Shown here: in pieces, positions 7,460 to 17,732 of the stretch | How positions within the stretch are numbered: the first letter of the stretch is position 1 | Layout of the letters: every line of letters begins with the position of its first letter | NCBI GenBank assembly: GCA_965217865.1 | Contig: CBDCJO010000002.1 | Location: 1,984,001-2,048,000, forward strand | Origin: Candidatus Latescibacterota bacterium | GTDB taxonomy: Bacteria; Latescibacterota; UBA2968; SICM01 | DNA length: 64,000 bases | Reading direction: 5' to 3' | Translations under genes and position numbers: made by a program | The notes under the pieces: model-generated | The model's database searches: none | The model's input: only the letters and a program-made list of their open reading frames with translations | What the model was told of the DNA's origin: nothing

Positions 7460-8730
7460 ATTTTTTTCGCCTGGGATTCGAGCTCGCAGGTTGAATACAG
7501 ATCTAACTCCGGATTCCCCGTGATGAGGGTGAAGACATCTCGGATTTGTTCGAGCCCCATGCGGATCAGGAAAGTCGAATTTCGGCCATAGCTTTTGGCC
7601 CCGACGATGTAGAAGTCGGGTTCCGGATTTTTTAAGACTTCCGGACCTGCGCTGGTCTGTGCGAGGCAGTCTGAGTTTGAGGACCCGGAGAGCAACGACG
7701 CAGCCAGTTCAATCGGACCGGAGGTGGCATAGCATTCGTGGACTTGAAGCTCCCGGTAAATCGAGTTATCCGGAAGGTAGCCCACGTTCCCGATGATCCG
7801 GTCCACCTCCACCGCGCGCACGTCGTTTTTTTGGCGAAACACGACGGAACGGCTTTTCCCATCGTCCGAAGACCGGATCGATTCAACGCCCGCTGAGGCG
7901 TAAAACGAGATGGCGTCACAACTCCCCGATGCAATCCGATTTGCGCTGGCAATCAGGGCCGATCGTCTCGGCAGCGGATCGTTCGGAATGGGCTGATAGG
8001 GGACGTCGGCCTCGCCCGCGGAAATCCAGAGAAGCGATGTGACGGGTGATTCCCCGGAAAGCTGCTCGAAAGCCAGGGCGGTCGTAGCCGCCGAAAACCC
8101 CACTCCGATCAAGAGCGTCCGCATCCCGGCATAATCTGACCGCTGCCCCCCCAGGATGTCTTCCAGTTGGTAGCGGATCCATGGGGCGCTCTCCCTTTCA
8201 CCCGGGGCCGGTATCCCACCGCTCCCGATCCAGCCGTGATTCCCGTAAGTGCCCGTTGCGTCGATCACGATGTCCGCCAGATGGACCCGCTCTGAGCCGC
8301 TTCCCTCGTGGACTAGAATGCGGAAAGGATGGCCGGACCGACCGTCGTCTTCAGGTAAGTCTTTTTTAAGAAGACCTTCCCGACCCAGGGCGATCACCTC
8401 TGTGTCGGTCAGGATGCGATCTCGCAGGGCGGGGAGACGGCTCAGGGGGTGCAAATAATTCTCGACGTATTCCCGCCCTGTCCGGAGCGTGCCGTTTTCG
8501 GGGAGGGTCCAGCCTGGGTCGAAACCCGATAGGGACTCCATACCCAGAGACGAGCCGTTGATAGACCAGGGTGAGAACAGCTCCACGAAACCCCAGTCAA
8601 GAACGTGGGCCCCGATACCATCCCGTTCGAACACCGTCACCTCATAGCCCAGTGTAGCAGCGTAGAGGGCGGCCTCCAGGCCGATCGGCCCTGCACCAAT
8701 GACGGCGATCCGCCGTTGAATGTCCCCCAT
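7456..8730 (-). CDS. FAD/NAD(P)-dependent oxidoreductase (ArsO-like flavoprotein)
   Basis: GAGPIG Rossmann motif, DATGTY, NPEPDFYIVGAKSYGR. Overlaps the rSAM start by 4 bp. Confidence 0.85.
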   Translation of the reverse strand: MGDIQRRIAVIGAGPIGLEAALYAATLGYEVTVFERDGIGAHVLDWGFVELFSPWSINGSSLGMESLSGFDPGWTLPENGTLRTGREYVENYLHPLSRLPALRDRILTDTEVIALGREGLLKKDLPEDDGRSGHPFRILVHEGSGSERVHLADIVIDATGTYGNHGWIGSGGIPAPGERESAPWIRYQLEDILGGQRSDYAGMRTLLIGVGFSAATTALAFEQLSGESPVTSLLWISAGEADVPYQPIPNDPLPRRSALIASANRIASGSCDAISFYASAGVESIRSSDDGKSRSVVFRQKNDVRAVEVDRIIGNVGYLPDNSIYRELQVHECYATSGPIELAASLLSGSSNSDCLAQTSAGPEVLKNPEPDFYIVGAKSYGRNSTFLIRMGLEQIRDVFTLITGNPELDLYSTCELESQAKKI

Positions 8731-8737
8731 ATAAATA

Positions 8738-9355
8738 CCGTATCTCGTATCTCGTGAAGCGGAAGAGCAAAATCCTGGGCTCTTACGAGATGCGCTTCAC
8801 GCTTCATCGTGGTTCGTGATCCGAGGATCAGAAAACCCGGGTTCGTGGATCGTGACTCGGGGGTTGAGGTTTCAATCCGAAACCAACGAATCGGAAATCC
8901 GCGAAGCTCCCTCACCCCGCCTCGCAAGCTCGGCACCCCTCTCCCGGGTGCCGGGAGAGGGGAAGATTATTGACTTACGAAAATAATTTATGGCCGGAGC
9001 CACCTGCTGGCGGCGAAAAACCTATCCCCGTCCTTCGACTACGCAGCGCTTACGCGCTGCTCCGCTCAGGAGGTTGTCTTTATGGATAGGAGAGATCTTA
9101 GGTTTGACATTTGGCAAAATCAAGGCGACATCCCCCTTCCCGTTTCGGGAAGCCACGTCCTGAGCGGAACGAAGTGGAGTCGAAGGAGGGGCGCAGGGGG
9201 TTAGGACTGACCGCTGACCGAAGTTTGTATGTTCGTCAAGGTCACCTGAACGTTTCACGGTTTTTCTTTCCCCTGCTCCCTGACTACCGGTTTTGACCTC
9301 CCCTGACCTCCGGCCCCTGCATTTTCCATTTCGCACCTTGCAGTTTACATTTTCA
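8738..9355. repeat. Intergenic mosaic of REP-like palindromes and heptamer repeats
   Basis: CCCTCACCCC...CCCTCTCCC/GGGAGAGGGG; CTTCGACT...GCTCAGG/CCTGAGCG...GTCGAAG; (GTATCTC)2; TGCATTT-type runs. Confidence 0.7.
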
Positions 9356-10597
9356 TCCCCACTCCTCGAGCAGGATCACATCCACCTCTTCTCCGGGGTT
9401 TAACCTTGCGACATCTGCATCCACGACGAAAAGGCTGTTCGATCTCGCGAGCGATAAAAGGTCCGCCGATCCGCTGTGACCCACCCATCGGGTATGCCAT
9501 CTTCCGTCCCGAAACTTGCTCTCAGAGGGCGCATACTGCTTCCGGCCGGGTTTTTGTTCGAAGCCTCCGTCGAGAATTGCCCTCACCGTCGACCGATGGA
9601 CGTTTGACATCCTCTGCATCTTTCGTAAGGCCGGGCGAACAAGGAATTCGATGCCCACAACGGCAGACAGGGGATTGCCCGGAAGGCCGAATACCAGTTT
9701 CTGGCCGACCGTTCCGAAGGTGAGGGGACGACCTGGCTTGATCCGGATTCGCTCAAAGTGCAGTTGGATCCCGAACTCGGCCAAGAGGGGCTTTACCAGA
9801 TCGTATTCCCCCATCGAAACCCCGCCGGAAAGCAGAACGATATCCGCGCTCCCGATGGCGGTCCCAATTTTGGCCGTCAGCTCCTCCCGATTGTCCCCCG
9901 CGATGCCCAGGTAGTCCACCTTCGCGCCTGCAGATGATATCTGCGCGCACATCGTGGGGCCGTTGCTGTTCCGGATTTGTCCCGGCTGCAGGGGGTCGGA
10001 TGCCTCCACGATCTCCTCCCCGGTGGGGATGACCGCCACCCTCGGTTCTCGATAGACCTCCGGTTTGACTGCCCCGACCGAAGCCAGCACCCCGATCTCA
10101 GGAGGCCGGAGAAGCGTCCCGGGGGAGAGAACGACCTGACCGATCTGAATGTCCTCTCCTTGGAGACATATGTTTGATCCATTTTCTGTCTTAGTTAAAA
10201 TCTCGACGTACGCGCCTCCGTCCTTTGTCTCCGTATCTTCGACCATGACCACCGTGTCGGCCCCCTTTGGGACGGGTGCTCCGGTCATGATCTTCGCGGC
10301 CTGACCCCGACCTATCGGTTTTAATGGAACCGCACCCGCCTGAATCTCCTCGACAACTTCCAGGGTCACGGGATGCCCCTTCGACACGCCGCAGACATCC
10401 GCACCGACGACGGCATAACCGTCCATGGCTGATTTGTCGAAAGGTGGCATGTTCAGGTCGGACCGTACCTCGGAAGCCAGGACCCTGCCCAGGGCATCTT
10501 GAAAGTCGATTCTCTCGACTTCGATAGTCGGCGTATGGTCAAGGACGATCTGGATGGCTTCTTCCATCGAAATCATTGGAGGGGGGCGAACGCCCAT
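9353..10597 (-). CDS. moeA: Molybdopterin molybdotransferase
   Basis: PPFDKSAMDGYA, IMTGAPVP, SGGVSMGEYD, KPGRP, GLPGNP. Confidence 0.95.
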   Translation of the reverse strand: MGVRPPPMISMEEAIQIVLDHTPTIEVERIDFQDALGRVLASEVRSDLNMPPFDKSAMDGYAVVGADVCGVSKGHPVTLEVVEEIQAGAVPLKPIGRGQAAKIMTGAPVPKGADTVVMVEDTETKDGGAYVEILTKTENGSNICLQGEDIQIGQVVLSPGTLLRPPEIGVLASVGAVKPEVYREPRVAVIPTGEEIVEASDPLQPGQIRNSNGPTMCAQISSAGAKVDYLGIAGDNREELTAKIGTAIGSADIVLLSGGVSMGEYDLVKPLLAEFGIQLHFERIRIKPGRPLTFGTVGQKLVFGLPGNPLSAVVGIEFLVRPALRKMQRMSNVHRSTVRAILDGGFEQKPGRKQYAPSESKFRDGRWHTRWVGHSGSADLLSLARSNSLFVVDADVARLNPGEEVDVILLEEWG

Positions 10598-10919
10598 GGT
10601 TCACTTACTCCTGTTTGAAAAATCTTCCTAGTTTTGGCGGAAAGTGAGGTAATGTGAAGCGACGTATCAGCGGGCCAACGACCCGTGATTCCTTGGCCCA
10701 GTCCACCGGGCTGGGTTTGAATGTGGGGGGATTCGAGCGGGCGAACAGTCCGCGATCAGGATGCGGGTCAGGGATTGGGGCATGTCGATGTGAAATTATC
10801 GCGGCCCTTCAGGCCGCACGACGCTAATATATTTCCCCCCCCAGGGCTTTCCCTGGGTTAAGGAACAACGCGCCGTTGGCGCTGAAAGAAGGCCTCAACT
10901 TTAGTCTCGGCTTCGTGAT

Positions 10920-12074
10920 TCAAATCTCCAGAGTCTTGGGGCAGGTTGTTAAGTTTCGATACCCATCCTCCGTCACGACGACCAGGTCCTCGATCCGAAC
11001 CGCACCCACTCCGGGATAATAGAGGCCGGGCTCCACAGTGACAACGTGTCCCGTCCTTAAGACATCTCCCCGTTTGCTGATGCGCGGGGGCTCGTGGATA
11101 TCCAGCCCCACGCCGTGGCCCGTTCCGTGAAAGAACCCCTGCATCCTTCCGTCCGCTTGACCTGATTTAAAGCCCTGTTGTTCGAAATGGGCTGTGACGG
11201 CGTGATGGATTTCAGTGCCATCCGCCCCCGCCTTCAACCGATCGAAGACGATCGCCTGCCCCTCGGCAACGGTCTCGTAGATCTTCCTGACAGAGCCTGA
11301 AGCCTGTCCCTTCACCACCGTCCGCGTCAGGTCGCCGTAGAAGCCCGAGTCGGACGATCGTGGAAAGATGTCGATAATGATCGTGCGGTTTGCCATCAGC
11401 GGACCGGCCCCCTTGTTGTGGGGATCGCAGCCCTGGTCCCCGCAAGCGACGATCGTGTCTTTGCCGATGCAATCCCGTTCCAAAAGGTCGAACGCCACGA
11501 TGCGTTTTAGGGCCTCAGCGGTCAGCGGTTGCCCCTCACGGTAGAGCGTGTCCCCCCTCACATCCGACTCCCGGATCGCCTCTATTGCGCGTTCCATCGC
11601 CGCCTCGGTGTTCTTCTGGACACCCCGAATCTTCTCTACCTCCTCCTCGGACTTCGTCTCTCTTTCCGGAAGGATCGACCCCTTTCTAAAATCCAGGCGA
11701 AAACCTTTCCCCCGAAGAAAATCAGCGGCCTGAATCGGAAAGGTTCTGGGGACCAGCAGACTCCGAATGCCACGATCCCGCAGAGCGAGTTCGAGGGCGT
11801 CCAGCGCAGTCGGCGCTACGTTTCCGGCCTTCTGCGCATCCTCCTCATACTTCGACAGCGACAGGACGAGGTCGACACGTGATTCGGAACGGGCGCGATC
11901 GATCTCCAGATCGCTCAAAAGGAGAGCCTTTTGATCACGGGTCTCGAAGTAGACGAAGTCGTCAGGAGCGAGGAAACCCGAAGCATAAAAAAGGTCGGGG
12001 TCGTTATCGGAAGCGGCGATCATAAGGAGGGCGTCGTGGCCGTCCAGGTGAGGCATAAATTCTCTCTTTGGCAA
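10920..12074 (-). CDS. Xaa-Pro aminopeptidase (M24)
   Basis: GDLTRT, HGTGHGVGLDIHEPP, TVEPGLY, VRIED. Confidence 0.93.
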   Translation of the reverse strand: MPKREFMPHLDGHDALLMIAASDNDPDLFYASGFLAPDDFVYFETRDQKALLLSDLEIDRARSESRVDLVLSLSKYEEDAQKAGNVAPTALDALELALRDRGIRSLLVPRTFPIQAADFLRGKGFRLDFRKGSILPERETKSEEEVEKIRGVQKNTEAAMERAIEAIRESDVRGDTLYREGQPLTAEALKRIVAFDLLERDCIGKDTIVACGDQGCDPHNKGAGPLMANRTIIIDIFPRSSDSGFYGDLTRTVVKGQASGSVRKIYETVAEGQAIVFDRLKAGADGTEIHHAVTAHFEQQGFKSGQADGRMQGFFHGTGHGVGLDIHEPPRISKRGDVLRTGHVVTVEPGLYYPGVGAVRIEDLVVVTEDGYRNLTTCPKTLEI

Positions 12075-12083
12075 AAGTCGATC

Positions 12084-13610
12084 TTACTCGTGGTCTCTGA
12101 TCTTGCGGTAGAGCGTCCGTTCCCCAATCCCCAGGATCTTGGCGGCCTGCCTTCTGTTTCCTCCAACCGACTGCAGCACACGCCGTATATGCTTCCATTC
12201 AACCTCGTTTATAGATTCCATAGAGTAATCATCTTCGCCTTCCTCAGATTCGGTGACCGCGGCTTCCGCTACCTGAATTTCACCCCCGGCCAGAGGTAAG
12301 GCGGAACCCGGGTATCGGATGGACTCAGGATCGATATGATCGTTTCCCATCACCCGAGATTTAATTTCGGCGATCTCCTTCTGAAGGGAGAGCAAAGCCC
12401 AGTATATCAGATCCAGTTGCGCTTTATCTGGCGATTTGTGAAGCGGCACGGGCAAATTCCGTTCATGCGAAGCGGCATCTTCGGAAAAGCCCATGTGGGT
12501 TATGATATCCCGGGCGGTCAGGCGAGACCCTTTCGAAAGCACGATCAACCGTTCGACAAGATTCTTGAGTTCTCGAACGTTGCCGGGCCACGAATACTGG
12601 CTGAGGGCCTTAATGGCTTCATCATCGAAACGAGGCGGTATGATCCCGTGGGTCTTTGCAAAATCCTCCGTGAAGGCCTCTACATACTCGGGGATATCTT
12701 CCGGTCTATCACGAAGGCTGGGCATCTTTATTTCGACGACGTTCAGCCGGTAGTAAAGATCACGCCTGAACTCCCCCCCCTGGACGGCACGTCCGAGGTC
12801 CTTGTTCGTAGCCGCCAGGATCCGAACGTCCACCGAAATCGGATTCGCGCTGCCCAGACGTGTGACCTCTCGTTCTTCGAGCACCCGGAGCAACTTGACC
12901 TGCGCGGAAACGGACATCTCCCCGATTTCATCGAGGAAGACGGTACCCCCGTTTGCGGACTCGAAGTGGCCCTTTCTCTGGGATCTGGCGTCTGTGAAAG
13001 CACCCCGTTCGTGGCCGAACAGCTCGCTCTCCAAGAGTGTCTCGGGAATCGCCCCGCAGTTTACGACCAGAAAGGGTTTGCTCGACCGCCTGCCCAGTCG
13101 GTGGATTGCGCTTGCGACGAGGTCTTTTCCAGTACCGCTCTCCCCTGTGATCAAAACACCGACATCGGTCGGGGCGATCTGTTCCACCTTCTCTCGGACC
13201 TCCCGCATCCGATTCGAATGTCCCAACAATTGGCTCTTTTGGAGAAGCTTTCCGCGGGATTCCATCCGCGACACCAGATCTTGAAGCCGTCCCACATCCG
13301 GAGGGCGTCCCAAGATGCCATCGACCTCAAGCTTTACGGGCAGGTGATCGACATCGGACATTGCGAATATGGAAGTCCTGAAACCGGAGGCCCTGGCCTC
13401 ACGGATCAGATGGTGGAGTCCCTCCGCTGGAAAAACGCCGTCGACCAACAGAATGTCGATCCTCCCTTGAGACAGATGTCTCAATCCATTCCGCAGCCCT
13501 TCTGAAACGATCACGCGCCTCCCTTCGCCCTTCAACGCAGGGAGGACAACCTCCTGAATGTCCGGATCCTCGGAAACAAAAAGGATTGTCAGTTCGTTGG
13601 TCATAACCAA
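12084..13610 (-). CDS. Sigma54-dependent Fis-family regulator with a degenerate receiver domain
   Basis: GESGTGKD, ESELFGHERGAFTDA, FLDEIGE, WPGNVREL and C-terminal HTH. Confidence 0.93.
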   Translation of the reverse strand: MVMTNELTILFVSEDPDIQEVVLPALKGEGRRVIVSEGLRNGLRHLSQGRIDILLVDGVFPAEGLHHLIREARASGFRTSIFAMSDVDHLPVKLEVDGILGRPPDVGRLQDLVSRMESRGKLLQKSQLLGHSNRMREVREKVEQIAPTDVGVLITGESGTGKDLVASAIHRLGRRSSKPFLVVNCGAIPETLLESELFGHERGAFTDARSQRKGHFESANGGTVFLDEIGEMSVSAQVKLLRVLEEREVTRLGSANPISVDVRILAATNKDLGRAVQGGEFRRDLYYRLNVVEIKMPSLRDRPEDIPEYVEAFTEDFAKTHGIIPPRFDDEAIKALSQYSWPGNVRELKNLVERLIVLSKGSRLTARDIITHMGFSEDAASHERNLPVPLHKSPDKAQLDLIYWALLSLQKEIAEIKSRVMGNDHIDPESIRYPGSALPLAGGEIQVAEAAVTESEEGEDDYSMESINEVEWKHIRRVLQSVGGNRRQAAKILGIGERTLYRKIRDHE

Positions 13611-13709
13611 AAATTACCGGGAAGATTTACATTCTCCCCGGTTCTGAATATCGGCCAACCTCTCTCAACCACGCTACCCGGAACCCTGATTTCTGACTTC
13701 GGCAGGGCG

Positions 13710-14408
13710 TCATCCTCCGACCCCGATAACACGGCTTAGGACTTTGAAGACAATTCTTCCTTCAGGATAATCATATCCCGGCCGCTCGAAATTAATGTAT
13801 CCCTGTTTCTCCAGGCGTTTGAGGATGCGGGTAACGGTTTCCCGAGTGGTTCCCGACATGTTGGCCAGGTCCTGATGCGTAGGTCGATTCCGGATATGTA
13901 CGCCCTTCTCGGTATAGACTCCCTGGTCCTCGGCCAACTGCAGGAGGGTCTGTGTTATCCTTCCCGTTACATCGGAAAGGGCAAGTCCTTCAATTTTTCG
14001 GTCGGTCTTCCGAAGTCGGCCGGCCAGCACGGCCAGGAGCTTGATTGCGATTTGAGGGATGTTCTTGATCAGATGAAGAAAATCCCCCCTGCGTAACATC
14101 AAAAGCTCCGTCTCTTCCATAGCCGTAACGTTCGCGGAACGGGGTTTGCTATCCAAAAGCGACATGTCTCCGAAGAAATCGCCTTCCCCGAGGGTGGAGA
14201 GAATAACCTCCCGCCCGTCTTCGCTCACGATGCTGACCTTCACACGCCCTCGCTGTATAACGAAAAGAGTATCCCCCTGCTCTTCTGCAAGAATGATAAC
14301 GTTATCTTTAGGGAAAGTGCGCAACACAGTCGAGGAGTCCAGGGCGGTCAGTTCGTTTTCGTCTAATCCCTCGAACAGGGAGACCTTCTTTAGAAGCTTT
14401 ACGGACAT
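13710..14408 (-). CDS. Crp/Fnr-family regulator (possible 1-nt indel near the C-terminus)
   Basis: cNMP-binding domain (FFGDMSLL..PRSA) and HTH THQDLANMSGTTRETVTR. Confidence 0.92.
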   Translation of the reverse strand: MSVKLLKKVSLFEGLDENELTALDSSTVLRTFPKDNVIILAEEQGDTLFVIQRGRVKVSIVSEDGREVILSTLGEGDFFGDMSLLDSKPRSANVTAMEETELLMLRRGDFLHLIKNIPQIAIKLLAVLAGRLRKTDRKIEGLALSDVTGRITQTLLQLAEDQGVYTEKGVHIRNRPTHQDLANMSGTTRETVTRILKRLEKQGYINFERPGYDYPEGRIVFKVLSRVIGVGG

Positions 14409-14483
14409 GGCAGACCTCCTCGAATTCCTGCGACCATCTCCAATTTCTGAATCCCCGACTGAAAGGACCCATCAAGTGATGCT

Positions 14484-14512
14484 AAACTATTATTTTTTCA
14501 AGCTCCCGTCAA
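14484..14512 (-). promoter_or_regulatory. Sigma70 promoter for the Crp-family gene
   Basis: TTGACG-17-TAGTTT. Confidence 0.55.
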
Positions 14513-14659
14513 TCTTTTTTTTTAATTGCGGAACTCTGGGGAATCGGGATCATCGGATCGGCGGAAGAGCGATAAACACGCAAATCTGGCAGGTTCAAAA
14601 ATCCGGCTTGTTAAAACACTTTTCAGATCTCTTCAGCCATGGTTTTCTGAATTCATAAC

Positions 14660-14688
14660 TTGACACATATAACCCCATAGAATACTTT
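14660..14688 (+). promoter_or_regulatory. Sigma70 promoter for ispE (probably leaderless)
   Basis: TTGACA-17-TACTTT, with the ATG 7 nt downstream. Confidence 0.6.
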
Positions 14689-14695
14689 GAGACCC

Positions 14696-15580
14696 ATGAA
14701 GGCATTCAGGAGGGTCGATGCCCACGCCAAACTGAACTTGGGTTTAAAGATACTCCGTCGCCGTCCAGACGGCTACCACGACATCCTGTCAGTTATGCAG
14801 ACTGTCGACCTCTCGGACCATCTCCGTTTTGAGGAAATCGAACTCGGACAAATCGAAATCGTCTGCTCTGACCCCGCCGTTCCGACGGGTCCGGAAAACC
14901 TGGTCCACCGTGCCGTAGAAGCCTTTCGAAAAAAAACCCGTATCCACAAAGGTGTGCGTGTCTTTCTCAATAAGGGAATCCCTGTGGGTGCGGGCCTCGG
15001 AGGAGGAAGCGCGGATGCGGCAGCGGTATTGCGAGTTTTAAACGAAACCTGGGGAACGGGTTTGTCTGATGCCCAACTTGGGAAAATCTCCTTAGAGGTT
15101 GGCTCTGACGTCGGGTTTTCAATCAGATTTGGGACTGCCGTCGCTTCGGGACGCGGAGAAATCCTTCGCTACGTGCCTTGGACATTCCAGGTCCAATACA
15201 TCCTTGTCCACCCCCCCATTTCAGTGTCGACAGATTGGGCTTACCGACAGGCCTCGAAGCGGTTAAGTTTGCCCTTGACAGTTCGATCGAATTATGTTAA
15301 TTTCGTTAACTCTATAGAAAATCGACCCATACAGGTCCGTGAACTCTTCGCCTGTGTGGAGAATGATTTTGAAGACCTGGTCGTGGAAAATTGGCCGCTC
15401 CTCAAGGACATCCGTCGCGCCCTAAGAGGAAAGAGTCCGGATGTGTGTAGCCTGAGCGGATCGGGATCGGTTCTTTTTGGTGGTTTCTTCGACTTCGCTG
15501 CTGCAGAACGTGCGGCAACTTTCCTTCGAGGGGAAGGGTATCAGGTTTTCTCTTGCAAGCCATTGATTGTGGATCCTTAA
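14696..15580 (+). CDS. ispE: 4-diphosphocytidyl-2-C-methyl-D-erythritol kinase
   Basis: AKLNLGL, DGYH, IPVGAGLGGGSADAA, LSGSGS. Confidence 0.95.
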   Translation: MKAFRRVDAHAKLNLGLKILRRRPDGYHDILSVMQTVDLSDHLRFEEIELGQIEIVCSDPAVPTGPENLVHRAVEAFRKKTRIHKGVRVFLNKGIPVGAGLGGGSADAAAVLRVLNETWGTGLSDAQLGKISLEVGSDVGFSIRFGTAVASGRGEILRYVPWTFQVQYILVHPPISVSTDWAYRQASKRLSLPLTVRSNYVNFVNSIENRPIQVRELFACVENDFEDLVVENWPLLKDIRRALRGKSPDVCSLSGSGSVLFGGFFDFAAAERAATFLRGEGYQVFSCKPLIVDP

Positions 15581-15612
15581 AAACGGCGGCCTCAGACCGG
15601 GTCCGCCCCCCC

Positions 15613-15686
15613 TGCCGGGTCGTCTAACGGCAAGACTGCGGCCTTTGGAGCCGCCTATCGAGGTTCGAATCCTCGCCCGGCAACCA
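15613..15686 (+). tRNA. tRNA-Gln (UUG)
   Basis: Acceptor stem TGCCGGG/CCCGGCA, anticodon arm GCGGC-CT-TTG-GA-GCCGC, T-loop GTTCGAATC, encoded CCA. Confidence 0.96.
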
Positions 15687-15713
15687 AGAGAAATTTCATC
15701 AGCAGAAGGCCTT

Positions 15714-16394
15714 ATGGCTCAAATCACCCTGAAGGGTGAACGTCGCACCCAAAAGGGAACCCAGGCCGCGAAAAAGCTCAGGAACGACGGTCTCCTTCCC
15801 GGGGTCGTTTACGGGACAGGAGAGCCGCCAATTCCCGTAGTCGTACCCGCCCGGGAATTTGAGACCCTTCTACACAACGAAGGCCGCAATGCCATCGTAT
15901 CTCTCATCCTGGATGGAGAGGATGACGAAGGGCAGATCACTTTGATGAAGGAGATACAACATCATCCTCTTAATGATTGTCTCCTCCACGTTGATTTCCA
16001 GCGAATTGCCTTAACCCAGAAGATCATCCGTGAGATACCTGTGGTGAGTGATGGAATAGCTATTGGGGTTAGAAGTGAGATGGGGGTTCTCCAACATTCC
16101 CTCCATGCCGTAGAGGTAGAATGCCTCGCTTCGGAAATCCCGGATCAGATCAGCGTTGACGTTTCTGAGTTGGCGGTCAATGCCTCCATCCACGTCCGTG
16201 AGCTTCTAAGCCTAGACAGCCGGATTGTGACAGATCCGGATCGCCTGGTGTTTCTCGTCGCCCCTCCCACTGTTGAGAAGGAGCCCGTGGAAGACGAAGA
16301 AGCGGAGATCGTCGAGGAAGAGGAACCAGCGGAACCCGAACTCAGCGTGGAGCGCGGGAAGAAAGAGGAAGAAGAGGCCAAGGAGGAGAAATAA
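15714..16394 (+). CDS. rplY: 50S ribosomal protein bL25/Ctc
   Basis: PGVVYG, QHHP...LHVDF and acidic tail. The start was moved past the tRNA. Confidence 0.95.
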   Translation: MAQITLKGERRTQKGTQAAKKLRNDGLLPGVVYGTGEPPIPVVVPAREFETLLHNEGRNAIVSLILDGEDDEGQITLMKEIQHHPLNDCLLHVDFQRIALTQKIIREIPVVSDGIAIGVRSEMGVLQHSLHAVEVECLASEIPDQISVDVSELAVNASIHVRELLSLDSRIVTDPDRLVFLVAPPTVEKEPVEDEEAEIVEEEEPAEPELSVERGKKEEEEAKEEK

Positions 16395-16397
16395 GCC

Positions 16398-16958
16398 GTG
16401 TGGGTGGTCGTCGGCCTTGGCAACCCCGGGCAACGATATTCCGCGACTCGCCACAATCTGGGATTTCGCGTCGTCGATAAGATCGCCGGAACGTTCAGAA
16501 AATCCTGGTCCGAAGACCAGAGCGGCGGCTATTCTATCGCAACGGGTGATGATCCGGCGATCGTTCTCGTCAAACCGACGACCTACATGAACGCCAGCGG
16601 CTTTGCAGTTCGGAAGTCCATCGCCCGTTTAGGTTCTTCGCCCGGAGATCTCCTGGTCGTTCTTGACGACGTAAACCTGCCCCTCGGGGGTGTCCGCATC
16701 CGTCGCAAAGGGAGCGATGGAGGACATCGAGGCCTGCTCTCCGTCGTTCAAGATCTTGGTACAATGGAATTTCCCCGTCTCCGGATGGGTGTTGGACCCC
16801 CTTCCAACGATATCGGTATAGCCGATTTCGTGTTAGGGGATTTTTCTGCGAAGGAACACGCCATCGCTGAAGAAATGGTCGACCGCGCGGCACACGCCGT
16901 GCATGTCATCCTGACGCAGGGCCTTGATACCGCTATGAATCAGTTCAATTCCGGCTGA
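16398..16958 (+). CDS. pth: Peptidyl-tRNA hydrolase
   Basis: VGLGNPG..Y..TRHNLGF, KPTTYMNASG, GGHRG. Confidence 0.96.
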   Translation: MWVVVGLGNPGQRYSATRHNLGFRVVDKIAGTFRKSWSEDQSGGYSIATGDDPAIVLVKPTTYMNASGFAVRKSIARLGSSPGDLLVVLDDVNLPLGGVRIRRKGSDGGHRGLLSVVQDLGTMEFPRLRMGVGPPSNDIGIADFVLGDFSAKEHAIAEEMVDRAAHAVHVILTQGLDTAMNQFNSG

Positions 16959-17039
16959 AAGGATTCGCTTTTTTCCTTTTTTTAACCTTCCCGCCCATAT
17001 CAAAAACATCAACGGAAGACCCATAAACGGAGTTCACGC

Positions 17040-17468
17040 GTGAGAAAATACGAATTGACGTTGATCCTGGATTCTCAGTCGGCAGAAGACCAGATCGAAA
17101 CCATAATAAAGAAAACGTCTGATGTCCTCGTGTCCAATGGGGCCGAGATAATCCAGGTTGAACGATGGGGAATCAGAAAACTGGCTTATGAAATTAAGAA
17201 GCACCAACAGGGTTTCTATACCTTAATCCAGTTCACCTCTGAGGGAAACGTCATCCCGGCGGTTGAACAGGTGTGTCACCTGGAAGAAGGAATCCTGAGA
17301 AACATGATCGTAGTGAGAAAACAGTTAACAAGTCGCGAGGAGGCCACTCGACAGGAGGTCGGAGGGGGGCTTCCGAAACCCCCCGCACCGGTTAAAAAGG
17401 ATGAGTCCGTAGGTGTCCCGTCGGAGACACCTGAGACCCAGGTCGTCGAACAGAAAGAGGAGGTATAA
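17040..17468 (+). CDS. rpsF: 30S ribosomal protein bS6
   Basis: [18 protein letters not shown]. Confidence 0.95.
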   Translation: MRKYELTLILDSQSAEDQIETIIKKTSDVLVSNGAEIIQVERWGIRKLAYEIKKHQQGFYTLIQFTSEGNVIPAVEQVCHLEEGILRNMIVVRKQLTSREEATRQEVGGGLPKPPAPVKKDESVGVPSETPETQVVEQKEEV

Positions 17469-17476
17469 AACAGGGT

Positions 17477-17710
17477 ATGGAGGATAGAGGTCCACGCCGG
17501 GCGAAGACATGCCGTTTTTGTGAAGATAAAAATGAGCGGATCGATTACAAAGATGAGCGGAGACTGAAGCGGTTTATTACTGAGCGGGGAAAGATCATTC
17601 CCAGGCGGATCTCAGGGTCATGTGCCCGTCACCAGCGGGCGCTTGCACGGGCTATCGCACAGGCCCGACATATCGCCCTTCTCCCGTTTTCTTCTGAGGC
17701 CGTGAAGTAA
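17477..17710 (+). CDS. rpsR: 30S ribosomal protein bS18
   Basis: [30 protein letters not shown]. Confidence 0.96.
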   Translation: MEDRGPRRAKTCRFCEDKNERIDYKDERRLKRFITERGKIIPRRISGSCARHQRALARAIAQARHIALLPFSSEAVK

Positions 17711-17732
17711 CTCTTTGTGCCTGAAAGTATTT

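Noticed and set aside
12336-13505. Long antisense ORFs (also 27299-28174, 32426-33460 and 60757-61488)
   Set aside because: They are shadows of well-supported genes on the opposite strand in GC-rich DNA.
15567-15713. N-terminal extension of rplY in the ORF track
   Set aside because: It overlaps tRNA-Gln; the real start is ATG 15714.
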